From: Aciduliprofundum boonei T469
GTDB taxonomy: Archaea; Thermoplasmatota; Thermoplasmata; Thermoplasmatales; Aciduliprofundaceae
Assembly: GCF_000025665.1 (NCBI RefSeq)
Contig: NC_013926.1
Location: 810,001 to 842,000 of the forward strand
Direction of reading: 5' to 3'
Length of the DNA: 32,000 nucleotides
The notes beneath the pieces are model-generated. The model was not told where the DNA came from. It did no database searches and saw nothing but the letters and a program-made list of their open reading frames with translations. A program made the position numbers and the translations under genes. Below, piece after piece: positions 15,493 through 24,043 of this stretch. Every line of letters begins with the position of its first letter. The stretch's first letter is position 1.

Positions 15493-15928
15493 AAAGAAGA
15501 AGATTAAAGAGATAAAAAAATATCTTGCCATGGATATATGGGTTGAGGGAACATACGAGATTGTAGAGGATGAGCAGAGTGTAATTCTTGTGGATGGTTT
15601 ACCATCCTACTTTTTTTATGAGGGAAAATACTATCCAACTGTGCTTCTCCTTCTCCAACATCCAATTGATAATAGCTATGTTACTGTGGATCTGGGTGCT
15701 GTTAAGCATGTTTTAAACGGTGCAAATATCTTTGCGGCAGGTATAGTGGATGCTGATCCTAATGTGAGAGAGGGAGATGCCGTTTATGTTAGAGATAAAA
15801 AGTATAAAAAAGCTCTGGCAGTGGGAATTGCCTTGATGGATGCAAATGAGATGGTATCTAAAAAAAGTGGCATGGCTGTAAAAAATCTACATTATTATGG
15901 GGATAAAATTTCAAAAATATTGGATTAA
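15473..15928 (+). CDS. PUA-domain RNA-binding protein (MCT-1/Tma20-like)
   Basis: 151 aa. C-terminal PUA pattern VDLGAVKHVLNGANIFAAGIV..VREGDAVYV..ALAVGIALM..GMAVKNLHYYGD. GTG start preceded by GAGGTGA at a 6-nt spacing. Overlaps the TPR gene by 20 nt. Confidence 0.75.
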   Translation: MKRYHLKKKKIKEIKKYLAMDIWVEGTYEIVEDEQSVILVDGLPSYFFYEGKYYPTVLLLLQHPIDNSYVTVDLGAVKHVLNGANIFAAGIVDADPNVREGDAVYVRDKKYKKALAVGIALMDANEMVSKKSGMAVKNLHYYGDKISKILD

Positions 15929-16077
15929 TCTGTATGCTTAGGTATCTCAAAAATTATGAATGATGACGCTATCCAAGCTAACCCTATTATTAGTGCTAAT
16001 ATATTCTGCCATATACCGTAGGCTATAAGAGCGACTGGTATAAAGTAAAGAAGGGTATAGGTGAGAAGTTTCTGCAT
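15925..16077 (-). CDS. Unannotated 50-aa two-TM membrane protein downstream of rpl12
   Basis: Below the ORF-track length cut-off. Translation: MQKLLTYTLLYFIPVALIAYGIWQNILALIIGLAWIASSFIIFEIPKHTD. ATG at 16077 with GGTGA a few nt upstream, 11 nt after the rpl12 stop. Its stop overlaps the PUA gene stop (TTAA). Confidence 0.4.
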   Translation of the reverse strand: MQKLLTYTLLYFIPVALIAYGIWQNILALIIGLAWIASSFIIFEIPKHTD

Positions 16078-16088
16078 TCACTCACCGT

Positions 16089-16406
16089 TTATCCGAAGAG
16101 TGCTCCGAGACCTGCTATGGCTTCCTCTTCCTTCTTTTCCTCTTCTTCCTCTTCCTTTTTCTCTTCCTCTTTCTTCTCTTCCTTCTCTTCGCTAGGTGCT
16201 GCGGCTGCAGGCGCTGCTGCTACGGGAGCAAATGCTGCATTCTTTATAGCTTCATCTATGTCTATCTCACTGAGCGCAGATACCAATGCCTTTATTCGAG
16301 CCATATCTGGCTCTGCTCCAGCGGCTTTTATTATGTTTGCTATTGCATCCTCGTTTATTTCCTTTCCCAGCGAATGCAGGATCAGGGCACTATACACATA
16401 TTCCAT
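16089..16406 (-). CDS. rpl12: Ribosomal stalk protein P1 (aP1 / L12e)
   Basis: [19 protein letters not shown]..., Ala/Pro hinge, acidic E/K tail ending GLGALFG. The second ATG (16406) is preferred because GGAGGT lies directly against the first ATG (16412). Confidence 0.9.
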   Translation of the reverse strand: MEYVYSALILHSLGKEINEDAIANIIKAAGAEPDMARIKALVSALSEIDIDEAIKNAAFAPVAAAPAAAAPSEEKEEKKEEEKKEEEEEEKKEEEAIAGLGALFG

Positions 16407-16426
16407 TTTCATACCTCCTTTTTCTT

Positions 16427-17431
16427 TTATCCAAACAGAGCTCCAAGGCCCGAGATGGCCTCTTCCTCTTTATTTTCTTCTTCATCCTCATCCTTCTTTT
16501 CCTCTTCTACATTTTCTTCTTTCTTGCCTTCCTCATTTGAAGGCGGAATTTGCCTATTGGATATTAAATTTTCCAACTCATCATCTAAACCATCGCTAAG
16601 CGCAGAGGCAAGTGAGAGCATTTCCATATATGCTTTTCTGAGTATATGCTCTGCTGTGAATTTGTTCACTATGCCTCCGTTTATTGCAAGGTTCATAGCA
16701 TCTCTTGCTGCCTTTCCTATGAGCATAGGCATTGTTAGCTTAGTTGGATATGCCGCATTAACACTCAAATTCATGGCATATTGGATTGCATTAAGCACAT
16801 CTCCATAGACCTTCTCTGTATCCACATGGAGTACATCCTTGGGGAATACCATTTCATCCTCATAGGCAGCTCTTAAATCCAGTCCCACAGTCATGGGGTA
16901 AATCTCAAGCTTGGTTAGAACTTGCGCCACATCCCTACTTATTACCTCTCCCTTCTTTACTAACACCGTATCTTTCCTTATCACTATTTTTCCCTTTTGC
17001 ACGGCCGCAGGCAATCCAACCTTCTGAAACTCACTGATCATAGGACCTGGTTTGAAAGGTGTCTCTCCAGCATGGACAATTATATCTTCTGGAGCGATTT
17101 CACCACCCTTTGCAGGTGCCTTTGTTTGAGTTTCTTCCATTAATTTTTCAAGTTTGAAGGCATTTATATTGGTGAATATTATCCCAGTTTGCCCCTCAAT
17201 GTAATTCGCAAGATCTTTTATATTCTTTTTATTTGCCTTTTCAAGGGCTAATTTTATCAACCTGTTCTTACCTACAATAAATACGGCTTTATCTTTTAGG
17301 TTCCTTCTCATTTTTTGCATTTGAGCAGCGGGAATGTTGTTTATGTTAACTATACCCACTACAGGGTATTCTTCCGCAAGTTTGGCGAGTTTGTCAACGA
17401 ATTTATATTTCCAAGGTGCAACATGAGCCAT
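16427..17431 (-). CDS. rplP0: Ribosomal stalk protein uL10 (P0)
   Basis: 334 aa. [15 protein letters not shown]..., uL10 core, acidic tail ending [16 protein letters not shown]. Confidence 0.92.
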   Translation of the reverse strand: MAHVAPWKYKFVDKLAKLAEEYPVVGIVNINNIPAAQMQKMRRNLKDKAVFIVGKNRLIKLALEKANKKNIKDLANYIEGQTGIIFTNINAFKLEKLMEETQTKAPAKGGEIAPEDIIVHAGETPFKPGPMISEFQKVGLPAAVQKGKIVIRKDTVLVKKGEVISRDVAQVLTKLEIYPMTVGLDLRAAYEDEMVFPKDVLHVDTEKVYGDVLNAIQYAMNLSVNAAYPTKLTMPMLIGKAARDAMNLAINGGIVNKFTAEHILRKAYMEMLSLASALSDGLDDELENLISNRQIPPSNEEGKKEENVEEEKKDEDEEENKEEEAISGLGALFG

Positions 17432-17436
17432 CTAAC

Positions 17437-18078
17437 TCACCTCAATTTTATCTTTACTGCGGGGCCCATAGTTGTTTTCACATATACACTATCTATATTC
17501 TGCAATCCCCTTTCAAGCTTCGTCTCCAATCTTTTTATGACCTCTTCTATGTTCTCCGCAATTTTCTCTGGCTCCATGTTCTTTGTTCCTACGGGCACAT
17601 GAAATGTCCTTTTATCCCTCGAGCGCATTCTCACGGTCTTCTTCAATCTCTCTACCAGTGGGCATGGGTCTGCACCTGGAGGTAGAGGCTTTGGCATCTT
17701 ACCGCGAGGACCGAGGATTATACCTAAGCTCTTACCTATCTTTCCCATAAGCGGTGCTTCTGCAAGGAAAAAATCATATTTATTGGCTATCTTTCTTGCT
17801 TTTCTCTTATCCTCCGCAAGTTTTTCAATTTCTTCAGGAGCAATTACCAGATCTGCACAATTCTTTGCCTTTAATGCAGTTTCTCCTGAAGCAAATACAC
17901 CTATCTTTACTTCCTTGCCCCTACCATGGGGTAAAATTACCTCTTCATTTATCCTGTTTTTAGGAATGCTTAAATCGACATCCTTTAAATTTATAGCCAA
18001 ATCTACACTCTCTAAAAACTTTCTCTCTTTCGATTTTTCTATTGCTTCTTTTACGGCAGTTAGTATATTATCTTGCAA
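17437..18078 (-). CDS. rpl1: Ribosomal protein uL1
   Basis: 213 aa with typical uL1 sequence (FLESVDLAINLKDVD..., GKMPKPLP). TTG start with GGAGGTG 5 nt upstream. Confidence 0.9.
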   Translation of the reverse strand: MQDNILTAVKEAIEKSKERKFLESVDLAINLKDVDLSIPKNRINEEVILPHGRGKEVKIGVFASGETALKAKNCADLVIAPEEIEKLAEDKRKARKIANKYDFFLAEAPLMGKIGKSLGIILGPRGKMPKPLPPGADPCPLVERLKKTVRMRSRDKRTFHVPVGTKNMEPEKIAENIEEVIKRLETKLERGLQNIDSVYVKTTMGPAVKIKLR

Positions 18079-18116
18079 TTGAACACCTCCTTGTAGTAAG
18101 CGAGCCTACAGCTCTC

Positions 18117-18593
18117 CTACAAGTTAGGTAGGGTGATTTCGTTATTCTTTATAAGCTTTTGCACCTCTCTGGGGTCCTTGCCTTCCACAGTTACTCCCAT
18201 GGAGACGCATGTGCCCAAAACTTCCAGCACCACACCTTTTACATCGTAAGATAGGGAGTTATCCTTCTTCATTTTTGCAATTTTGACTACCTGCTCTAAA
18301 CTCAAATTTCCAACTTTCTCCGTTCTTGCATTCCCAGAGCCCTTCTCTATGCCCAGCTCTTTCTTTATCAAAGCACTTGTGGGTGGTGTGCCAATAGTTA
18401 TGGTAAATTCCTTTGTTTTTGGATCTATATCAATTTTCACAGGAACTTGCATTCCTGCATAGTCCTTCGTCTTTTCATTTATGGCCTTGACTACCTGTGC
18501 AACATTAACTCCCATGGGGCCCAGAGCGGGACCCAGAGGTGGACCAGGTGTAGCTTTACCTCCTTCAACCAACACTTCTATTACTTGTCCCAT
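18117..18593 (-). CDS. rpl11: Ribosomal protein uL11
   Basis: [20 protein letters not shown] motif. ATG 18593 is preferred over the track's GTG 18602 because GGAAGGTGA lies upstream of the ATG, which sits 1 nt after the spt5 stop. Confidence 0.9.
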   Translation of the reverse strand: MGQVIEVLVEGGKATPGPPLGPALGPMGVNVAQVVKAINEKTKDYAGMQVPVKIDIDPKTKEFTITIGTPPTSALIKKELGIEKGSGNARTEKVGNLSLEQVVKIAKMKKDNSLSYDVKGVVLEVLGTCVSMGVTVEGKDPREVQKLIKNNEITLPNL

Positions 18594-18594
18594 A

Positions 18595-19428
18595 TTACTC
18601 ACCTTCCTTCTCCAATAGCCTCACAGCTTCTGCCTTAACAGTTATTGGTATAGGTACCATTGCCTCGAAAAGCTCAACTGTTATTTCATCTTTTGCCTCG
18701 TCAATCTGTATCACTTTAGCATGCTCGCCTTTGAATGGACCTTCTACAAGCTCTACTATATCTCCAACTGAGATGCGATGTATTGTTGGAGTTGGAGTGA
18801 GATAATGCTTTATCTCTTCAAGATGCATTTCACCCCTTACTACTCCCTTTGCATCTTTTATTCCTCTTATTAAGGAGAGAACCTTATCAGGTCTTGAAGT
18901 TTCAACAAAAACATATCCTTTTAAATTGTAGGGTGCAAGTACAGAAAATATTTCTTTCCAACCGTGAATCTTTGCTTTCATTCCTATATCTCTGGCCACT
19001 TTTACCTCCTGTCCTATTGTAGTTTTAACGGCTACAATGGCGGCTTCTATGTTTATTCTCACATCCTTACTCCACAAGCCCTCGGAATGAATAACTTCAA
19101 ATTTGAATATACCATAATCTCCAATTTCGGCAGCTCTTGGAGCTGTTATATTCACATATATTTCTTTTCTCTTATTTGGTTGCACTTGAAGTTCATACTC
19201 AAGCTCTTTGTTTTCTTCCTTCGTAACTAAGAGTTTTACCTCATCCTTTTCAACTCCAATTATGTTGACACTCCACTCTAAACTGGGGTCTTTCATATTT
19301 AGTTGGGACAGAACTTTGAATGTGACTTTCTCTTTTTTCTCACCTTTGTTTGATATAACGATAACGATTTCGGCTATCCTTCCAGCTGGAATTCTGAAAA
19401 GTTCAGTATTTAAGCTAACATCAATCAT
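18595..19428 (-). CDS. spt5: Transcription elongation factor Spt5 (NusG homologue) with an extra ~122-aa N-terminal beta-sandwich-like domain
   Basis: The C-terminal 155 aa align residue by residue with archaeal Spt5 NGN+KOW ([11 protein letters not shown]..., [35 protein letters not shown]). The N-terminal 122 aa are in frame with no stop. The start at 19428 has GAGGGA 5 nt upstream and lies 9 nt after the secE stop. Confidence 0.85.
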   Translation of the reverse strand: MIDVSLNTELFRIPAGRIAEIVIVISNKGEKKEKVTFKVLSQLNMKDPSLEWSVNIIGVEKDEVKLLVTKEENKELEYELQVQPNKRKEIYVNITAPRAAEIGDYGIFKFEVIHSEGLWSKDVRINIEAAIVAVKTTIGQEVKVARDIGMKAKIHGWKEIFSVLAPYNLKGYVFVETSRPDKVLSLIRGIKDAKGVVRGEMHLEEIKHYLTPTPTIHRISVGDIVELVEGPFKGEHAKVIQIDEAKDEITVELFEAMVPIPITVKAEAVRLLEKEGE

Positions 19429-19437
19429 TTTAATCCC

Positions 19438-19659
19438 TCATGGTATGTGAAGCCATATTTGGAAAATGTAGTAAAGGGCAAATCCCACGCCCCCTATGAA
19501 AAGTATGCCGAGACCCGTTATAGCCAGAACTTTTCCGTACTCCTCCCTTGTGGGTTTTCTGGCCATCTTTAAAATCCTGGAATATTTGCCCTTGCCAAAT
19601 CCTGCAACCCAATTATCCACGCTTTTTTGGAACTGTTCACTTTTTTCAATTATGCCCAT
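19438..19659 (-). CDS. secE: Protein translocase subunit SecE / Sec61-gamma
   Basis: KPTREEY followed by a single C-terminal TM (VLAITGLGILFIGGVGFALYYIF). ATG 19659, with GGTGA 5 nt upstream, is preferred over the track's GTG 19668. Confidence 0.8.
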   Translation of the reverse strand: MGIIEKSEQFQKSVDNWVAGFGKGKYSRILKMARKPTREEYGKVLAITGLGILFIGGVGFALYYIFQIWLHIP

Positions 19660-19664
19660 GCTTT

Positions 19665-20759
19665 TCACCTTATAACATCAACTTCCTTCGTTTTCTCTAA
19701 GGCTTCAAGACCTTGAATGTATGGAGATTTCACTCCAGTCACAACTACCATAACTCTCAATGTATTGCCCAAGGAAGGATCAATGGAAGCACCCCATATT
19801 ATTCTTGCTCCCTTGCTTATCTGTGATTGCACATATTCTGCCACGCTTTCTGCTTCCTTGACAGTCATATTTTCGCCGCCAACCACATTGATCAATGCCC
19901 CATTTGCCTCGCTTATATCCGCTTCTATCAATGGAGAGTTCAAAGCTTCCCTTATGGCTTCCTCTGCCCTATTCTCCGAATCACTCTCACCCAGGCCTAT
20001 CATGGCTACGCCGCCACCTTTCATTATCGTCTTTAAATCGTTGAAATCTAAATTCACTAATCCTGGCTTGGTTATCATCTCTGCAAGACCCTTAATCGAG
20101 CGCATCAAGATTTCATCTGCCACTTTGAATGCGAGGTTTAAGGGTAATCTTGGCACGAGCTCCAATAGCTTATCATTTGGAATTGTTATAACGGTATCAA
20201 CATGCTGCTTTAATTTTTCCAGACCCCACATTGCATTTTCAAATCTCATCCTTCCCTCTGCTGTGAATGGCAGTGTGCATATTGCAATCGTTAAAGCTCC
20301 AAGCTCTTTTGCAATTTGAGCCACAACCGGGGCGCTACCTGTGCCCGTGCCTCCTCCCAAACCACAGGTTACAAAAACAATATCCGCTCCTTGCAGAACC
20401 TCTCTTATCCTGTCTTCCACTTCTCTGGCAGCTTCTTCGCCCACCTGGGGCAACGCTCCCGCACCTAAACCCCTTGTTATTCTCTTTCCTAGTAAAATCT
20501 TGCGATTTGCTTTGGTAATTAGTAAATGCTGAGCGTCTGTATTTGCAGCAACGAGCTCAACATCAACTATGCCCTCTTCCATAATTCTTGTGATAGTATT
20601 GCTTCCAGCTCCTCCGCAACCAACAACTTTAATATTTGTTTTTAATTTTTGCAGAAGCGACATAAGTTCTTCATCATCAGGGCTTGTTATTGCTGGCTCC
20701 TGCGTAACAGCAATCCTCTCATCCGCTTTTGATAGCACCTCTTTAACCAGCGACTTCAT
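19665..20759 (-). CDS. ftsZ: Cell division GTPase FtsZ
   Basis: 364 aa. [10 protein letters not shown], tubulin signature [18 protein letters not shown]. The position upstream of secE-spt5-rpl11 is the conserved euryarchaeal arrangement. Confidence 0.93.
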   Translation of the reverse strand: MKSLVKEVLSKADERIAVTQEPAITSPDDEELMSLLQKLKTNIKVVGCGGAGSNTITRIMEEGIVDVELVAANTDAQHLLITKANRKILLGKRITRGLGAGALPQVGEEAAREVEDRIREVLQGADIVFVTCGLGGGTGTGSAPVVAQIAKELGALTIAICTLPFTAEGRMRFENAMWGLEKLKQHVDTVITIPNDKLLELVPRLPLNLAFKVADEILMRSIKGLAEMITKPGLVNLDFNDLKTIMKGGGVAMIGLGESDSENRAEEAIREALNSPLIEADISEANGALINVVGGENMTVKEAESVAEYVQSQISKGARIIWGASIDPSLGNTLRVMVVVTGVKSPYIQGLEALEKTKEVDVIR

Positions 20760-20801
20760 AAAATCACCTTTTTAAATCTCTGTGAGGATTAAAGCAAGGG
20801 C

Positions 20802-20814
20802 TAATATAAATTTT
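20802..20814 (-). promoter_or_regulatory. Putative TATA box for the ftsZ-ribosomal protein cluster
   Basis: The minus-strand sequence aaaatttatatta lies in the 56-bp gap, about 48 nt upstream of the ftsZ ATG. A GGTGA SD sits between it and the ATG. Confidence 0.3.
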
Positions 20815-20815
20815 G

Positions 20816-22408
20816 CTATCTTTTATTTTGTTCTTCATTGATTAACTTCATAATATGCCATATAATGTTCATTCCTGTAAGGGTTTCTGGGTATAGAATC
20901 TCATCAGATATGCCTTGTAGAATTTTTCTCTCCCTTTCGTTATGGACCATTGCTATTATTTTGCATTTTGAATTTTTCTCCCTGATGTATCTTACCGCTA
21001 TCACAGAGTCCTTGGATGAAGATAAAAGCACCAATGCATATTTTGCTTCATTTATATTTACTGCATCTAATATTGCTCTGTTGGTTGGATTTCCAAGTAC
21101 GCATTTATAACCCTTTAATTTAAGCTCATCGCATTTAGTTTTATCATTTTCTACTATTATAAACTCCTCTTTTAATAAAGAAAGAGCTGATGCTGCATAT
21201 CCCCCAATTATACCTCCACCCAAGATAACAGTATGATTTTTAATATCACTTTTTTCTAATTTTCCAAATATTCTAGTTACTAAGAAGGGTGTTGCTAGAG
21301 CGGTTGTTATAGCCATAACCACTATTGATGTGAATAAAGGTTCATCTATCAATCCATACTGTAAGCCTATTTTTGATGCGACTAGGGTTGCACCCAGTTG
21401 GGGGAAAAACACTATGCCTAAGAGCGAGAGATCTTTTTTGAATATTTTAGAATATATGTAGCCCCCTATCAGTTTGCTAACCATAAGTCCAAGCACTATT
21501 GCTATAACTAGGTATATGTAATCCGCACTTTTAAGAAATACACTAATATTAGTGTCCATTCCTACTAGTATAAAAAATATAGGTATCAAGAATCCTTTGC
21601 CTATTGAATTTAATTTTCCATAAATCTCCTCATCTTTAATGGATTCTCCTAGAAATAAGCCAGTTAAGAATGCCGCTACAATGGGCTCCAATCCTATTAA
21701 TTCAGAAATGCCTATCATCATAAAGAGTAGTGCCATGAAAAATATTATTTCCATCTCTTCATAACTGCTTTTGTATCTGGTAAAAATCCACTTTCCAATC
21801 TTTGGTAGGTATTTGGATCCAATAAAAACGAATATGAATAAGAAAATAGCAAATAAAATTAAATTCATAAAATTTGGATTTTTGTACCAGTGGAGTATTA
21901 TTGAAAGACCAATTAGGCTTATCGTGTCAAGAAGTACTACAGTAGGTATAAGGGTATTTCCTATTTTATCTCTGAGTTTTGGTGTGTGGTTTATGATGGG
22001 TATAATTTCACCAACTGATGATGATTGAAAAATTGTTCCAATGAGCAGAGGAGTGGCTAGAAGATATGCTGGTGGATGATAGCCAAACATATATACTATT
22101 CCAAATCCAACAAAGAAGGATACACTTGCAAGTATTATGGCAAGTTCTCCTACATTTTTCCATTTAACATTTTTTACACCTTTTATCTCAAGTCCTGCAA
22201 GAAATACTAAAAAGAGAAAGCCCAGTTCACCGAAAAATTCCAATCCTTCAAATTTTTTTACGATTCCCACTCCATATGGACCGATTATTATGCCCGAAAT
22301 TATTAAGAGTGGCACAGCCACAACATTTAACTTATGAGAAAACTCTGAAACTATAAAAACGATTAACAAAAGTAATCCGAATGTCATAAGGTAATCCAGT
22401 GGAAACAT
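20816..22408 (-). CDS. Kef-type monovalent cation:proton antiporter (CPA2) with C-terminal TrkA-N/RCK domain
   Basis: 530 aa with about 12 hydrophobic helices in a Na+/H+ exchanger-like layout. C-terminal Rossmann motif HTVILGGGIIGG...VENDKTKCDELKLKGYKCVLGNPT. Confidence 0.8.
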   Translation of the reverse strand: MFPLDYLMTFGLLLLIVFIVSEFSHKLNVVAVPLLIISGIIIGPYGVGIVKKFEGLEFFGELGFLFLVFLAGLEIKGVKNVKWKNVGELAIILASVSFFVGFGIVYMFGYHPPAYLLATPLLIGTIFQSSSVGEIIPIINHTPKLRDKIGNTLIPTVVLLDTISLIGLSIILHWYKNPNFMNLILFAIFLFIFVFIGSKYLPKIGKWIFTRYKSSYEEMEIIFFMALLFMMIGISELIGLEPIVAAFLTGLFLGESIKDEEIYGKLNSIGKGFLIPIFFILVGMDTNISVFLKSADYIYLVIAIVLGLMVSKLIGGYIYSKIFKKDLSLLGIVFFPQLGATLVASKIGLQYGLIDEPLFTSIVVMAITTALATPFLVTRIFGKLEKSDIKNHTVILGGGIIGGYAASALSLLKEEFIIVENDKTKCDELKLKGYKCVLGNPTNRAILDAVNINEAKYALVLLSSSKDSVIAVRYIREKNSKCKIIAMVHNERERKILQGISDEILYPETLTGMNIIWHIMKLINEEQNKR

Positions 22409-22606
22409 TGCTAATAAATGTCAATGCTCCTATATTATATTTTCACTATTTTGGGCGAGTTGAATTTCTATTGAAATATGAAAAATTAAGGATAAAAATT
22501 AGGAGTAATTAGCTATAGAGGCCGTAAGTTAGGAATTTAGAAGCAACAGAGAAAGAATGGAAAGACATGTAATCGATAATAATCAAGTAATATTTGGGGG
22601 TTTAGA

Positions 22607-22625
22607 AAGGGGGCTCTGCCCCCTT
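22607..22625. other. Perfect 8-bp GC-rich hairpin (aagggggc-tct-gccccctt)
   Basis: Read directly from the sequence. Lies in the 378-bp non-coding gap and is followed on the + strand by a short T-run (tattttt). Confidence 0.4.
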
Positions 22626-22698
22626 CTTGCGAGTATTTTTCCTCACACCTTTGATTTGTTCTCTTCTAGTAATCTTCTATATCTCTCATCTTCTACTC

Positions 22699-22731
22699 AC
22701 CCTCCATAATCTCCTTCGGTTGCTGGAGGGT
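22699..22731. other. 8-bp inverted repeat (accctcca-N17-tggagggt)
   Basis: Read directly from the sequence. About 55 nt upstream of the SDR gene ATG. Confidence 0.35.
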
Positions 22732-22786
22732 CCTAATATTTCAAAATGTTTAAGTATGAGCATACCTAAATTATAGTGGTGAGATA

Positions 22787-23581
22787 ATGGAAGAATTAAA
22801 GCCTATAAATGAGATTATTTCCCTCAAAAATAAAAGAGCTCTAATTACTGGCGCAGCTGCAGGAATTGGAGCAGCCATAGCTTATAGATTTGCAGAGGCG
22901 GGGGCGATTTTAGAACTTGTGGATATTGATATGCGTGGTTTAAATGCCCTAAAAAGGAAACTTTCAAAATTTAATATTGAGGTTAATGTTTATAAAGTTG
23001 ATTTATCAAAGAGAGAAAATATAATATCACTGTGGAACGACTTGGAGCAGCCACCTGATATACTGGTTAATAACGCTGGAATCTATCTTTTCAAGGAATT
23101 TACTGAGGTGGATGAAGATTTTTTGGATAAAATATTTGATGTTAATGTAAAATCTGTTTTTTGGATGTGTCAAGAGATGATAAAGAGAAGAAAAAGAGGA
23201 GGAGTGATAATAAATGTCGCATCAATTGAGGCTGTGCTTCCATTTGCTACAGGACTTGTCCACTATGACATCAGTAAGATGGGCGTAATTGCCCTCACCC
23301 GTGCTCTTGCAAGAGAATATGGTAAAATTGGATTTAGAGTAAATGCCCTTATACCTGGAGGTATTGAAACCAAAGGTGTTAAAAAACTGAAAAAAGAAGC
23401 GGCCATGAAATTGAATATGGATATGATAAAAACTGCAATGAACTTTAAAAATAGATTGCCTTTGGGACGATTTGGCTCTCCAGATGAAGTAGCTAGAATG
23501 GCTCTTGTTCTGGCATCAGATATGTCATCGTATATGACTGGGGCTATGGTGGCAGTAGACGGAGGATTTTTATCCGCTTAG
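22787..23581 (+). CDS. Short-chain dehydrogenase/reductase (FabG-like SDR)
   Basis: 264 aa. TGAAAGIGAAIA cofactor motif, NNAGI, catalytic YDISK (YxxxK), PGGIET. GGTGAG SD. Confidence 0.85.
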   Translation: MEELKPINEIISLKNKRALITGAAAGIGAAIAYRFAEAGAILELVDIDMRGLNALKRKLSKFNIEVNVYKVDLSKRENIISLWNDLEQPPDILVNNAGIYLFKEFTEVDEDFLDKIFDVNVKSVFWMCQEMIKRRKRGGVIINVASIEAVLPFATGLVHYDISKMGVIALTRALAREYGKIGFRVNALIPGGIETKGVKKLKKEAAMKLNMDMIKTAMNFKNRLPLGRFGSPDEVARMALVLASDMSSYMTGAMVAVDGGFLSA

Positions 23582-23596
23582 CTACTTTACCTTTTT

Positions 23597-24043
23597 ATGA
23601 TTGAGGCAGTTGTGGTTCATATTGTTCAAGGGAATAAAATATTGTTGCATTACAAAAAGAGAGGTCATGGTGCAGGAAAGTGGAACGGGCTTGGAGGAAA
23701 GATTGAAAATGGAGAAAATCCTGAAGAGTGTGCTAAGAGAGAGGCAAAAGAGGAAATGCATGCAGATATAACTAATCTAAAAAAGATTGGAATTATAAAG
23801 TTTTATGATGTCAATAACGAAGATTGGACTGTTTATGTATTTAGAGCGGAGCTTCTCGGAGAACCTGAGGAAAGTGAAGAATCCATTCCAAAATGGTTCT
23901 TTCTAAGAGATATTCCTTATGAAAATATGTGGGAAGATGACAAATACTGGCTTCCATTGGTTATAAATAATATCAATTTCTCGGCAGAGTTCTGGTTTGA
24001 AGGAGAAAATATGAAGAAATTTAAAATAGAGGCCTGGAAATAA
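23597..24043 (+). CDS. NUDIX hydrolase (MutT-like)
   Basis: 148 aa. Nudix box GGKIENGENPEECAKREAKEEMH (GX5EX7REUXEEXGU). Confidence 0.85.
   Translation: MIEAVVVHIVQGNKILLHYKKRGHGAGKWNGLGGKIENGENPEECAKREAKEEMHADITNLKKIGIIKFYDVNNEDWTVYVFRAELLGEPEESEESIPKWFFLRDIPYENMWEDDKYWLPLVINNINFSAEFWFEGENMKKFKIEAWK

Noticed and set aside
16117-16520. GAA/GAG/AAG-rich stretches that look like tandem nucleotide repeats
   Set aside because: They encode the conserved acidic stalk tails (EEKKEEE...GLGALFG) of P1 and P0. They are not a repeat element or a CRISPR-like array.
16117-16808. Plus-strand ORFs (160, 84 and 144 aa) rich in Ser/Phe
   Set aside because: They are antisense readings of the GAA/GAG-rich acidic tails and bodies of rpl12 and rplP0. 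They are low-complexity artefacts.
18079-18116. Possible L1 autoregulatory mRNA structure in the rpl11-rpl1 spacer, as described in Methanococcus
   Set aside because: Only a weak 4-bp stem (gagc/gctc) is visible, and I cannot recognise the 23S-like L1 binding motif by eye. The claim is not supportable without covariance modelling.
19717-20319. 200-aa plus-strand ORF inside ftsZ
   Set aside because: It is antisense to a gene with a perfect tubulin/FtsZ signature and carries no motifs of its own.
22558-22710. 50-codon + strand ORF (MERHVIDNNQ...) in the 378-bp intergenic region
   Set aside because: It has no SD and an odd composition, and it runs straight through the GC hairpin. The region is more likely non-coding RNA or regulatory sequence.
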